Source: Balanoglossus misakiensis
Taxonomy: Eukaryota; Animalia; Hemichordata
Direction: 5' to 3'
Assembly: GCA_040954595.2 (NCBI GenBank)
Contig: CM082579.2
Span: forward strand, 11,719,834-11,783,833
Length of the DNA: 64,000 bases
Position numbers and translations under genes: made by a program. The notes under the pieces were generated by a model that was given only the letters and a program-made list of their open reading frames with translations, had not been told where the DNA came from and ran no database searches. Positions 12,861 through 24,439 of the stretch are shown piece by piece (position 1 is the stretch's first letter; every line of letters starts with the position of its first letter).

Positions 12861-13847
12861 TACGGGTTTTTTACAGCTAATAAATATATTGTTTTTTATT
12901 TATTTTAGAAATACTTAGTTATTGTCCTGAAATAGAATGTTGGTAGCTGCCTGAGAAGAATGTGATGTAGTGTATGGACTACCAATGCATTTATACTGGT
13001 TGTGTGTGTATATGTGAGGTGGGCTGCATGGGTCAGAGGTCAAATGCAATGAAATGGGGGGGGGGGAGGGGGGGCAGGGGCTGTATATGTGAAGCATGGA
13101 GGTGTGTCTGCATTGGGTCAGGGGTCAAATGGGATGAAGATAACATCCAACCTTGTAGCAAGCTTGCTGCACGGAGAGGACTGTAAGATAATACTTCAAT
13201 CATCCAAGCTTGCAACAACTTTGATTCTTTTATTGATCCAACCTTCATACAAGTATCTTACCGTTTCATGTCAACCTTGTCTAACCGGTATGTAGACAAG
13301 GGTGCAGCAAAGGTGGAATTTTATCGCTCTACATGCTTGGTGCAAGCATGGAAATAGGCCATGTGTCAAGGTTGTGACATCTTGGTGACTTTCGTAAGGG
13401 TGGTATGGGAGGGCATATTCTCATCAAGGTGGGACACCCTCGCGGCGCGACGACCCCTTCCCTCCTGTTGCTGAAAAATACTTGTATATGAAAGTTGAAA
13501 CAGTGATAGTTGCACATGAGGTATCTGATATGGCATTAACATAAACATAACAAAATAAAGTTTTGAATGTTCCTTGCAATCTGCAATTGCATGAAAATAT
13601 TCTCTGTACTGTTAATAAAGTATAATGTCTGCTCCTAATTCTGCAAAATGTGTCATACTAAAATGTTATACCATTAGTGACACTATGAGTAATAATGAAA
13701 TATCATACTCTCCCCTTATGTATTTCAGCTGTTAATGAAATGATATTCCCATCCCTATCTTTGTACTGGTACTAAGCTATAAGTAAAATGTAACACTTAT
13801 CCCAAGCATAGTACTGGTATTATAACTGGTAGTCCAATGCCATGCCC

Positions 13848-16433
13848 ATCCCCTTGATGTGTTAATTGATGATAAAGTGTCATACCCTCCCCTTGTTCTG
13901 TACTGTTGCTGTTAATAAAATGTTATGACAATCCGTCATTGTACTACATGTAATACTTTACTGTAAGTACAATATCATGCACATCCCTTGCTTTTTAGTA
14001 AAATGCCATGCCTTCCCCTAGTTCTGTACTATAACTGTTAGTCAAATGTCATGTCCAACACTCACTTTGTACTACAAGTTACCAATAATAAAAATGTAAT
14101 GCCCTCCCTGCTTCTCTATAGTTGTTAATAAAATGTTACTCCCACCCCAAGGGTTGTACTGGTACTTGAACTGTTAGTAAAATATCATGCCCATGTTCCT
14201 AGTTATGAACTGAAACGTTTAGGCTAATCAACTGTAATGCTCATGTACTTGGTTGAGTAAAATGTCTTCCAATGTCTTGCCTAGTTCTACAACTCATAAT
14301 AAAATGCCATGCCCTCCCCTAGTTCCGTACTGTAGGGGTCAATAAAACACATTATCTGGCCACCCCTGTTGATCGTATGTCATGCCGAAACCTAGTTCTG
14401 TATTGTGACTTAGAGCTTAGATGGTCCTATAAAGCTTATAAAACTTGTGCACACTCCAAATAGGCCGAAAATGTCGTGTACCGACTGATAATAAACTGTC
14501 ATTTCATCCCAGCTATGCACTCAAAAAATGACGTGGCATTAACACTAGAGGACGTGTACTGATCTGAGTGAATCAGATCCCGTGAGGAGTACGGTGCCCA
14601 GAGTACACGTGTACTAGTAGAGAAATGCCAAGTGTTGCTACATCTTCACGCTTCGCCCGCCATTGCTCTCCGGAAAATAGGAGTGTGGTCGAGCGAACAC
14701 GTGCGAGCGGAAAGTCGTGTTGCGACCGTCGGTGAGGCGAATTAAGACACAGCGCTAATAATAGTGTCTGTAACGACTATCATACCAAAACTCATTTACA
14801 GTAAATATAAAAACAGACTACGTCGGAGAAGTCTTTCGACGTGTCTTCGTTCTCGAGGAGCCATTTGTATGTGCGTTTGCATACCAGAAGGCCACGCCTT
14901 CCAGCCTCGTTCGCGGGTGACTTGTTTGTAATTGCCAAAGGCGAGTTAGTCATGTGCTTAGTTTGTTGGGTGTCAATGTAATCGTCCATGTTAACTTATT
15001 TGGTACAATTCGAGACATATGCACTCAAAAATGATGTGGCATTAAACACTAGAGGACGTGTACTGATCTGAGTGAATCAGATCCCGTGAGGAGTACGGTG
15101 CCCAGAGTACACGTGTCCTAGTAAAGAAATGCCAAATGTTGCTACATCTTCGCGCATCCCCCTTGCTGTGTTAATTGATAATAAAGTGTCATACCCTCCC
15201 CTTGTTCTGTACTGTTGCTGTTAATAAAATGTTATGACAATCCCTCATTGTACTACATGTAATACTTAACTGTAAGTACAATATCATGCACATCCCTTGC
15301 TTTTAGTAAAATGCAAATGTCATGTCCAACACTCACTTTGTACTATAAGTTACCAATAATAAAAATGTCATGCCCTCCCTGCTTCTCTATAGTTGTTAAT
15401 AAAATGTTACTCCCACCCCAAGGGTTGTACTGGTACTTGAACTGTTAGTAAAATATCATGCCCATGTTCCTAGTTATGAACTGAAACGTTTAGGCTAATC
15501 AACTGTAATGCTCATGTTCTTGGTTGAGTAAAATGTCCCAATGTCTTGCCTAGTTCTACAACTCATAACAAAATGCCATGCTCTCCCCTAGTTCCGTACT
15601 GTAGGGGTCAATAAAACACATTATCTGGCCACCCCTGTTGATCGTATGTCATGCCGAAACCTAGTTCTGTATTGTGACTTAGAGCTTAGATGGTCCTATA
15701 AAGCTTATAAAACTTGTGCACACTCCAAATAGGCCGAAAATGTCATGTGTACCGACTGATGATAAACTGTCATTTCATCCCAGCTATGCACTCAAAAAAT
15801 GACGTGGCATTAACACTAGAGGACGTGTACTGATCTGAGTGAATCAGATCCCGTGAGGAGTACGGTGCCCAGAGTACACGTGTACTAGTAGAGAAATGCC
15901 AAGTGTTGCTACATCTTCACGCTTCGCCCGCCATTGCTCTCCGGAAAATAGGAGTGTGGTCGAGCGAACACGTGCGAGCGGAAAGTCGTGTTGCGACCGT
16001 CGGTGAGGCGAATTAAGACACAGCGCTAATAATAGTGTCTGTAACGACTATCACACCAAAACTCATTTACAGTAAATATAAAAACAGACTACGTCGGAGA
16101 AGTCTTTCGACGTGTCTTCGTTCTCGAGGAGCCATTTGTATGTGCGTTTGCATACCAGAAGGCCACGCCTTCCAGCCTCGTTCGCGGGTGACTTGTTTTT
16201 AATTGCCAAAGGCGAGTTAGTCATTTGCTTAGTTTGTTGGGTGTCAATGTAATCGTCCATGTTAACTTATTTGGTACAATTCGAGACATATGCACTCAAA
16301 AAATGATGTGGCATTAAACACTAGAGGACGTGTACTGATCTGAGTGAATCAGATCCCGTGAGGAGTACGGTGCCCAGAGTACACGTGTCCTAGTAAAGAA
16401 ATGCCAAATGTTGCTACATCTTCGCGCTTCGCC
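13848..16433. repeat. ~1.3-kb tandem duplication containing a degenerate ~45-bp minisatellite and a ~504-bp GC-rich unit
   Basis: 13850-15150 matches 15160-16430; tatgcactcaaaaa..ctagaggacgtgtactgatctg recurs at ~14514, 15018, 15785 and 16289; aataaaatgtcatgccctccc motif recurs in 13600-14400. Confidence 0.9.
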
Positions 16434-16592
16434 CGCCAAGGTCGCCATTGCTCTCCGGAAAATAGGAGACTGCATGTAGTTGAGCGAGCACGTGCGAATG
16501 GACGATGGTGTTGCTACCGTCGACGAGGCAAATTAAGACACAGCGCTAATACTAGTGTCTGTCACGACTATCACACCAAAACTGTCCTTTAC

Positions 16593-18244
16593 CAGTTCGT
16601 GTTCAGTCTAAAATAAGACATCGTTTCTGCGCATTCGCAATGCAATGCAATGCTACTGCGCAAGTGCAGAACCGCGACATGGAATTGGGTCAGGTCATGT
16701 AGAAGGTCAAAGGGAGTTCCTCGTACCATGTTCGTAAATTCCCATTTTCGTACACATCAAAAACTGGCCACGCTCCTCATCATTGTGTCGATTGTTTCTG
16801 TTCTCGGTCTGTCGGAATGGATCGACCATCAACTGTATTATTTCTATTTATCAGTTTGACCTCCTAAATTTAGTTTACGTGTTTGACATTAGCAAAAACT
16901 AATGTTTTAGCAAAAATTAGCATTAGCAAAAACGTATAGTTTTTAAGTAAGTACGCGGCACGACTTGTGTTGATCGTTGAACAGACCAAGCAATCGAACC
17001 ATTTCCGTATTTCGATAGCATTCTAACTCGTGTTAAAAGTCATTCGCATTATATGTACGGAGTGTCTATTGACAGGCGCCTGCCAATAGCCTGTGCGTGT
17101 CGGGCCGGCTATTGACAGGCGAGGACTTTATTCTCAAATTATTGCCGATTTTTGAAAACCAAAGCACATTTCACATAGTCCATTAAATGATTCGTCTTTT
17201 CTTCCCCGAAAATCAGATGAAACGAAGTGCAAAATTCCGAAAGTCAAAGCGTATGTCATAGTTCTTCTACCCGTTCTAAGCGTGTACGCCTAGCGCTTCC
17301 GATTCTAAGCTTATCTCCTGATTCACAGGGATTTCCTCCATTTTACTGCCGACTTTTGTAAAGCAATGCACATTTCACATCGGAGAAATGTACTAATGAA
17401 AGGAAGTGCATATTTCTGAAATATTTCTGAGCAACCTCGCTAGCTACATATGATTGCTTTACCGTTTATGTATGATGTACATTTACTACGGCCGCTGCAC
17501 ACTGAGTTGACTTGACACAATCACCGTGACGCTGACCTCAACAGTGCCGACATATAATATGTAACCAGATAAACGATTTCGTCAATTTGAGACACATTTT
17601 AGCGTATAGTTCGTTGTTCCTTCGCATTTGCTAAAGTTAAAGTTGGTCGTGTGTTTGTCTCATCAGCCAGATAGGAGTGTGATTGATAGCGTACCCTATG
17701 AACGTAACGTCAAACAAGCTGAACTACACATACGAGGTTCATTACTGACATGCATGTCACAATCAACAAGACTAAGGAATTTTTAAAAGTTTTCCCCATT
17801 TTTCCCCAATGACCAGTTACCACGTGTCATACATAAATGGAAAGATTACTTTCTTGTTCGTCAGAAAATTAAAAAAAACGCCTATTGAACGAGTACAATT
17901 ATATAAAAGAAGCACCAAGAAAAAGTGGCATTACTTGTTGGTCAGGCAGCAAAATATGCTGACATCAGCGTCCATAACAACCAAAAATTCGATCGATCGT
18001 AGCTGGCAAAGTTTTGAATTTACCTCGCTCAAACTCATCCATTGTGTCCACTGACATCTCTAGATGATGTTACATCCGAAAATAGTCAAATGAACGGCAT
18101 ATGGGCTTTAAATGAGGACCGAAAACAGCCGAACATAACTCTGCGTACAATACTTCCGCATTAGCTAATTAATATTAATATGTACTATTGCGCATGCGCT
18201 TTCCGCGCAGAAACGATGTCTTATTTTAGACTGAACACGAACTG
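16593..18244. mobile_element. Non-autonomous DNA transposon, 40-bp perfect TIRs, 5-bp TSD (TTTAC)
   Basis: TIR cagttcgtgttcagtctaaaataagacatcgtttctgcgc at both ends; tttac at 16588-16592 and 18245-18249; empty site tttacagtaaat in paralogous units at ~14795 and ~16066. Confidence 0.9.
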
Positions 18245-18870
18245 TTTACAGTAAATATAAAAAAGCTATCAAAGTCGGAGTAGTCTTTCCACGTGTCTTC
18301 GATATCGAGGAGCCATTTGTATCTGCATAAATTTGCATACAAGAAAGCCACGCCTTCCAGTCTCGTTCGCGGATGACTTGTTTGTATTTGTCAAAGGCGA
18401 GTTAGGCACGTGCTTAGTTTTTTGGGTGTTAGTGTAATCGTCCATGGTAACTTATTTGTCTATTACATATTTAAATGTCATCTTTCTTATCAAGCCTTGA
18501 TCTAATTACATGTTATTTCCGTAAACACCACGGGTTCACAGAGTTTTACTTCCAGGATGTCTGCAGTTGAATACAGCACACACATCTGCTTCTTGCCCCA
18601 ATGTCAGAGAGCGTAGCAATAAATAATGTATGGTAATTGCGTATACGTCCCTTTCTTAGATCAAAATCATTGAAGTTAACAAAATAATGGTAAGTACATT
18701 AAAAATTAAATGGGGGACGAAATAAGGGTGAAGCAATATATAGTGTGCCAGGTGCTAACTTGGTCTGACTGGTACGCTGGAAAGGGAAATCGTCAGACAG
18801 CACCATTTTCAGGACAAGATGTCAATATGTTTGTGCTACCGGTGGATGCACTGGTCCTCTCATTGTATTA

Positions 18871-19652
18871 GGCTGCATTCACAAACACCTCTGGAGGGGG
18901 GGCAAGAGAATTGAGGGGGGGTATGTAAGGGGGGGGATTTGAAATAATTTAGGGACTGAAAGGGGGGGACTTGAAGATTTTGAGGACGAAATATTTATTT
19001 TAAGTCCACAAAAATGCACTTTTGAACCCTTCAGAATACAAAATTTTCTAATGTGGGAGGGGGACACCCCCTCCCACACCCACCCCCTTCATTCATCAAC
19101 ACCTTTCAATCATTGTCTGGTTTATCTAGTGCCCCAGGTCAGGGGACTTGCCCCCACCCCATGATAACTTTGAGCGGCGACGGTTAAGTTTGTCCTCCCA
19201 AACATACCGGTAGTTGAGTTAATTTGCTTTTGCCGGGTTCATTAAAATGCCGCTTTGAGCTCTGTATTTTATAAAATTTTCTTACATGGGAGGGGGACAT
19301 CCCCTCCCAATCCCACCCCCTTCAATTCTCGGTTTACAATGTCTGTCAACACAGAATACAAATACTTACAAAATATAAACAATGTTCAGTGTTAATACCC
19401 ACTGATGAGCTAGGGAAAACATCAGTTTCAAATTCTTTTCATGGGAGCGCTGTTTTTCTTTTTTACAAGATAGATAGGTGATGTGTTTTGCTGTGTGAAA
19501 GAAAATGGGGGGGGATTTCAAAATTTTAGCAGTTGAGAAGGGGGGGATTTGAAAATATTTCGGGTTGTGTAGGGGGGCATGTGAAAATTAACGGTAAAAA
19601 AATTTGAATTCTCCTGCCCCCCCCCCCTCCAGAGGTGTTTGTGAATGCAGCC
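18871..19652. mobile_element. PIF/Harbinger-like MITE (TTA TSD), copy 1
   Basis: TIR ggctgcattcacaaacacctctggagggggg; TTA on both sides; second copy in opposite orientation at 32733-33533. Confidence 0.88.
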
Positions 19653-21441
19653 TTATAGAGCTACTATATTTACGAAATTCGCATAGCAATGCTAGGTTTC
19701 GGCTTTACGACCTGAAACCAGAGTTTGAAGCAATGAGGAAGGCTGTTGTTATGTTGACCTTCCAAATGTTTGGCCAATTGAGAAAATTATTCGGCACATC
19801 AAGGGAGAATCTCCACTAATCTCTGCCGGAACAGTTGAAAAAGGACAAATCTATCGCATATGTCCCAAATGTCCCTGGCTAATTGGGCTGTGGAGATAGG
19901 CTGCATAAATGGGTTGTCACCTCAGACGAAATCATTTACGGTGCGAAGTGTAATTAGCGTGCGCTTGGGCCCTAAAAATGCCAGTAATATCACAGACAAA
20001 GATAATTGGTAATTCCAATAGGGGCCCCGCCCATATATACGAGTCTGTGCACCTGGTAGTATCTAGGCTGAAACATGCAAGCATGATCTGTTGCTCAATT
20101 TTATTTGCAGCACCGTCACCAACTGTTTTGAAGCATTTTCGACACCGGTGTTTACCAAACAACTTTGTCAACGCCGTTGAAAAGGCCTATGTGAGAACGT
20201 GGTTTAATAACAACATGTTTTCATCGACACCAGCCACGCTCCCAGACCTCGCCGCTTCGTTTGTCACTCGTGTCCTACTGCCTGAGAGGCACTTTTCACT
20301 GGCGAAGCGACGATGTCTGGAATCGAGATAGACTATCCTTACACCAAGCCTGGCGGGCAAAACCCTCTCAAATCTGAAGTGTTCCAGGACGACTTGAACA
20401 GTTCACATGTAATAGTTTATGCTAGTTAGTGGTGTTTGACCAGGAGGCTAGGATAGCCCGTTTGGCAATATCCACTGGGTACTTGCTAAAATAAGAACCT
20501 CTCCAGTCGAAAACGCCCAATACCCTATTTTCTTCCAAATCCAATTCAGCCCGTTTTATCAGGTGCATTCACCATCCATTTTCTGCTGCGTTGATCAACG
20601 TAGAACCTGCAGCCGACCATTATACCGGTAGTCTGACCGTGGTCTGACCCATGCCAACCTATAGTAGCGCAATCAGACTGGATACCCCACTGCCAGCCTC
20701 TCTACATCGGCATTTGATAATATTATTCATCGAGCTTTTCTAACCAGATGATCGCCAATGAAAGGCGATCCGTTACAGACATTAGGACGCCGGAGAACAA
20801 GACGCGGATTGTTGCATCCACAGAAGTAAATACACCCCCTGCGCCAATATCCGGTCACCACCAATATGCGGTCACTTTTACTGTTCACGAGTCTGATCGT
20901 TTTCTCGCGATACCGAAATGTGATTTCCGATGCGCGATGTCTCATGGGTAGATTTATCTCTTGGGTGACGAAATTTCAGTGTGCCAGACGACTCGAGCAT
21001 CGGAGGAGCGGGGAAAAACGAGGTGCGTACCCAATCGTGTTGTCTTGATTCTGCGCATTTTTCGGTAGCTACGATTGCGATGCCACTTTTAGATTATCAT
21101 GTTAAAGCGTTTCTGAAAAATTAGGACAGAAACCGATCTAGTATTTGTCTTTAGTATCTTACCAGCAGGAATATACTTATTGTTTTTGAATTGGCGCGTT
21201 TTAAAGGCGCCAATTTCATTTTTCATAAATCATTGTCGTTCCCCAATATCCGGTCACGAGAAATGGCGCCATTCCACATACACATTCCTTTTCCAGTAAA
21301 CTTTTATTATGTATTTCAGAACTTTTGTCTGGTTCTTATATCAGATTTGAATGCCTCTTTTTAACACTTTGACCTGGACATTTTCCCGCCTAAATTTTGA
21401 AACACAATTTTTTCCATATTTTCTTTTATTGGTATATTTAT

Positions 21442-22246
21442 ATATAATTCCCCCGTATTTCGAACGAGTGTGCCTGCGTCGCGGACGAGTGATTCCCCGT
21501 ATAGCGGCCGTATCCCTCCGAGCCGCAGGCGAGGAGGGATACAGCTATACGGGGAATCACGAGTTCGCGACGCAGGTACACGAGTGAGGAATACGGGGGA
21601 ATTATATGTTTATCACATACATAGATCCGCTAATTTTTATTTTCAAATAAATCTCTTTGTGGTTGCGATAAAATTTGGAACTATTTTGTGCAAAATTGAA
21701 GATCGATGTTATGCGGTCTATCTGTCAGGTGACTCAGGTCACGACCTGGACGATTCTGGTTTTGGCGAGGACCCGTCTATCGCGCATCAGCTGGATTTCA
21801 TCGTCCGTCACGGTTTCACTGGAGCAGGAAACCTTTCGTATGCCTTTTGCTTTATGACTAGACCGTTTTGCTCTAATCGTCGCATCAAAATTTTTGCGAA
21901 TACTCAGTTTTGTACCTGTCGCTCGTTCGACAGCGCGACGACATTGGCTCAGCACTGACGACCTCGCGACAGTTTTGGTGCGATAAAAATGTACACAGGT
22001 AAAACTAATCGTCGATCGTCCATATTTACACATACGAAACATTTTATTTATCTTTGCTTATTTTTAATATCGAAATAAAACGAACAATTGAACTGAATTT
22101 TGTCGCCCTAAGAGGACTTTGTTTACAAGTTTAAAATAGTTCCGTTTGGTGACGTCAGAGGGATGGGTATTACAATAATGCTTGGTGCAAATTTACCTAC
22201 GTCTGACGTCATACTATGGTATATGCGGAGCTATGTATGTGATAAA
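21442..22246. mobile_element. Non-coding element: 166-bp terminal hairpin plus asymmetric 22-bp inverted repeats (Crypton/Helentron-like?)
   Basis: Palindrome 21442-21607; tttatcacatacatagatccgc (21609-21630) is inverted at 22225-22246 with 1 mismatch. Confidence 0.6.
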
Positions 22247-23244
22247 TTATTAAATTGACATTCATGTTTTCCCTTTGGACACAGAATGTTGAGCATAGCA
22301 ATGGTTCTAGGTAATATTTTGGTCATTATTACTTAAAAATTATCATACACTATCTAATTGTAGTAGATAATAATGAGACTGTGCAAGATGTCAAATGTTG
22401 CCATGGCCATAAGAGATTATTTTTCTCATAAATGTTGCCATGGCGATAAAAGGGATTATTTTTCTCAGAAAAAAAATATGTGGCTTCATAACTTTCTCCT
22501 GTATACTTTTTGAAATTATTTGAATAATCCCTTTAATCACTTAATTTAATTAATTAATAATTAAGTTTGGTTGACATGAACCATTAATTGTGACAAAAAG
22601 TATATTGTTTGAGGCTATGAAAAATTGAAGTTTTATCGAGGGAGTGTGTACAGTTTTATGAAGGGAGTACATCAAATCTAATTTATAATAAGTAAACTAT
22701 TGTTGAATTATTGTGATTTATTGTGTATTGTTCTTTTATTTTTACAGTCATATTTGATTGAGTACTACTACATTGAATGTTTTAGTGAGAATCATCCTTT
22801 GTGCAATAAGAAAGGACTATATATAACCAAGTAAGTATAATACCTTAATGTGGCGGTGCACAAAAAAGGCAATTTTTGTCAAATTTCATTTTTGTACATA
22901 AATGGGTAGGGCTGATACTGCCCCTCATTGTGTGAAATGCATATGGATCGTCTATAAACTGTGCATATCTAAAATAGTTGACAGTACCACACCTTCAGTA
23001 TTTGTTTTTGTTTGCTAGAGTGTCATTTACATAAACAGTTTGCATGATTGGCATTGATTATGCAAAAAGGTGCCAAAAGACAGAGGTGAAATAAAGATTA
23101 TAAACAAAGCTAATAGTTGTTATGTCATATCTTTATTGCAAAAATTATGGTGAGCATATCGTCAGAATAAACACACATGACGTCACATGGTGTGAGATTT
23201 TTCTTCATAGTTGGAGATGCTTGCTTTCGAAAAAGGAGACTTAA

Positions 23245-23592
23245 AGGGACAAAGTCTCTCTCTTGCTGCCCTTTTTCCCATTAATTATATTTGATAAGAG
23301 ACACCGTTCGTTATTCTATACGTGGATATACAGTGAAGGAACGTTCAACCACACACAACTTCCATCCCGCTTGTAGACAGGCGAGTGAAAAAAACTCCCC
23401 AAAATGAATAGTCGTTCTTTACCAATCATTCATTTTGGGCGAGTTTTTACTCTCATATCCTACAAAAGAGATGGAAGTTGTGTGTGGTCGAATGTTGATT
23501 CACCATATATCCACATGTAGAATAACATAAACGGAGTCTTGTATCAAACATTATTAATGGAAAAGGGTCAGCGAGAGAGAGACTTTGTCCCT
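23245..23592. mobile_element. Foldback MITE with TTAA TSD (Kolobok-like)
   Basis: ttaa-agggacaaagtctctctc ... gagagagactttgtccct-ttaa; imperfect inverted arms along most of its length. Confidence 0.78.
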
Positions 23593-23718
23593 TTAATGTT
23601 ATCTTAGAATGCATGAATAATTTCAAAGGGAAGATTACCCTGAGATTGTGTTCAGCAATAAGAAATCTATGAAAAAATGGTGTGATATCTGTCTTTGTTA
23701 TTAACTTTCGCCTACCGA

Positions 23719-23911
23719 TAGCATGATGGCACCCATTGGAAAACCATAGGTTATAGGTAGAAGTGACGTAAGAGCCTAGTACTGCACTGGCACTTTTAGG
23801 GCTTCCCTGTAGTCTACAGCCGAGAAAGCCCCACAAGCGTCAGTGCAGTCCTAGACTCTTACGTCACTTCAACCTATAACCTATGGTTTTCAAATGGGTG
23901 CCATTGCGCTA
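23719..23911. repeat. ~190-bp palindrome (probable MITE)
   Basis: atggcacccatt..aaaaccataggttatagg..gaagtgacgtaagag pairs with ctcttacgtcacttc..cctataacctatggtttt..aatgggtgccat. Confidence 0.8.
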
Positions 23912-24439
23912 AATGAAAGTCTTTTGGTCAGTGTTTCAGATAAACATACAGTGTGACATGTGCCTGCTGTGTAATTACTGCCAACTGAATGACAATGGCA
24001 CAGTAGGCGCAGTCAAACTGTATGTTTATTTGAAACCTTGACCAAAGGACTTTCATTTTTTTTTTCTAGGGATATTGAAAGATTGCTAGGAAAGTCGATA
24101 GGGTCTTAGCAAAGTTGGTCGCTGGTTCATTTGGGCGTTCACTGTAACAAACAAAACTTACCTATTATTAACTGGCTTGTAATTACTAATCACATGATCT
24201 GATCCAGGTACTGAGTTGAATGACATTCTTGATTCAATAACAATGTCATGAGTTTTGTCAGTTTCATTACATGCTGATGGTCATAGTTATTTCTAATTGC
24301 GTAATTAAGGTCACATTTGCTCTCATTCAGTGTTTTAAATTTTGTGAAATGCCCTCTGCAGTTTGACTGTTCCAAGTTAGGAAGGTCTTCAATGAGACCT
24401 ACTTCATATTGTTGTTTCTCTTTTGTTAAACCTAAATGT

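Larger units (their letters stand above)
6224..13400. mobile_element. EnSpm/CACTA-type (CMC superfamily) DNA transposon, full length, two genes
   Basis: 34-bp TIRs cccttacgaaagtcaccaagatgt[a/c]acaaccttg (6224.. and ..13400, 1 mismatch); TG on both flanks; subterminal CAAGCTTG/CAACCTTG arrays; internal Tnp2-like transposase. Confidence 0.9.

Noticed and set aside
14705-14822. RNase P/MRP RNA (GGAAAGTC ... CAGACTAC)
   Set aside because: Spacing is too short and the motifs are lost in the diverged third copy.
16593-18244. RAG/Transib transposon, suggested by the 5-bp TSD
   Set aside because: No CAC heptamer or nonamer ends and no RAG1-like ORF.
22845-23240. Kolobok-like left end after TTAA
   Set aside because: No matching right end found in the window.
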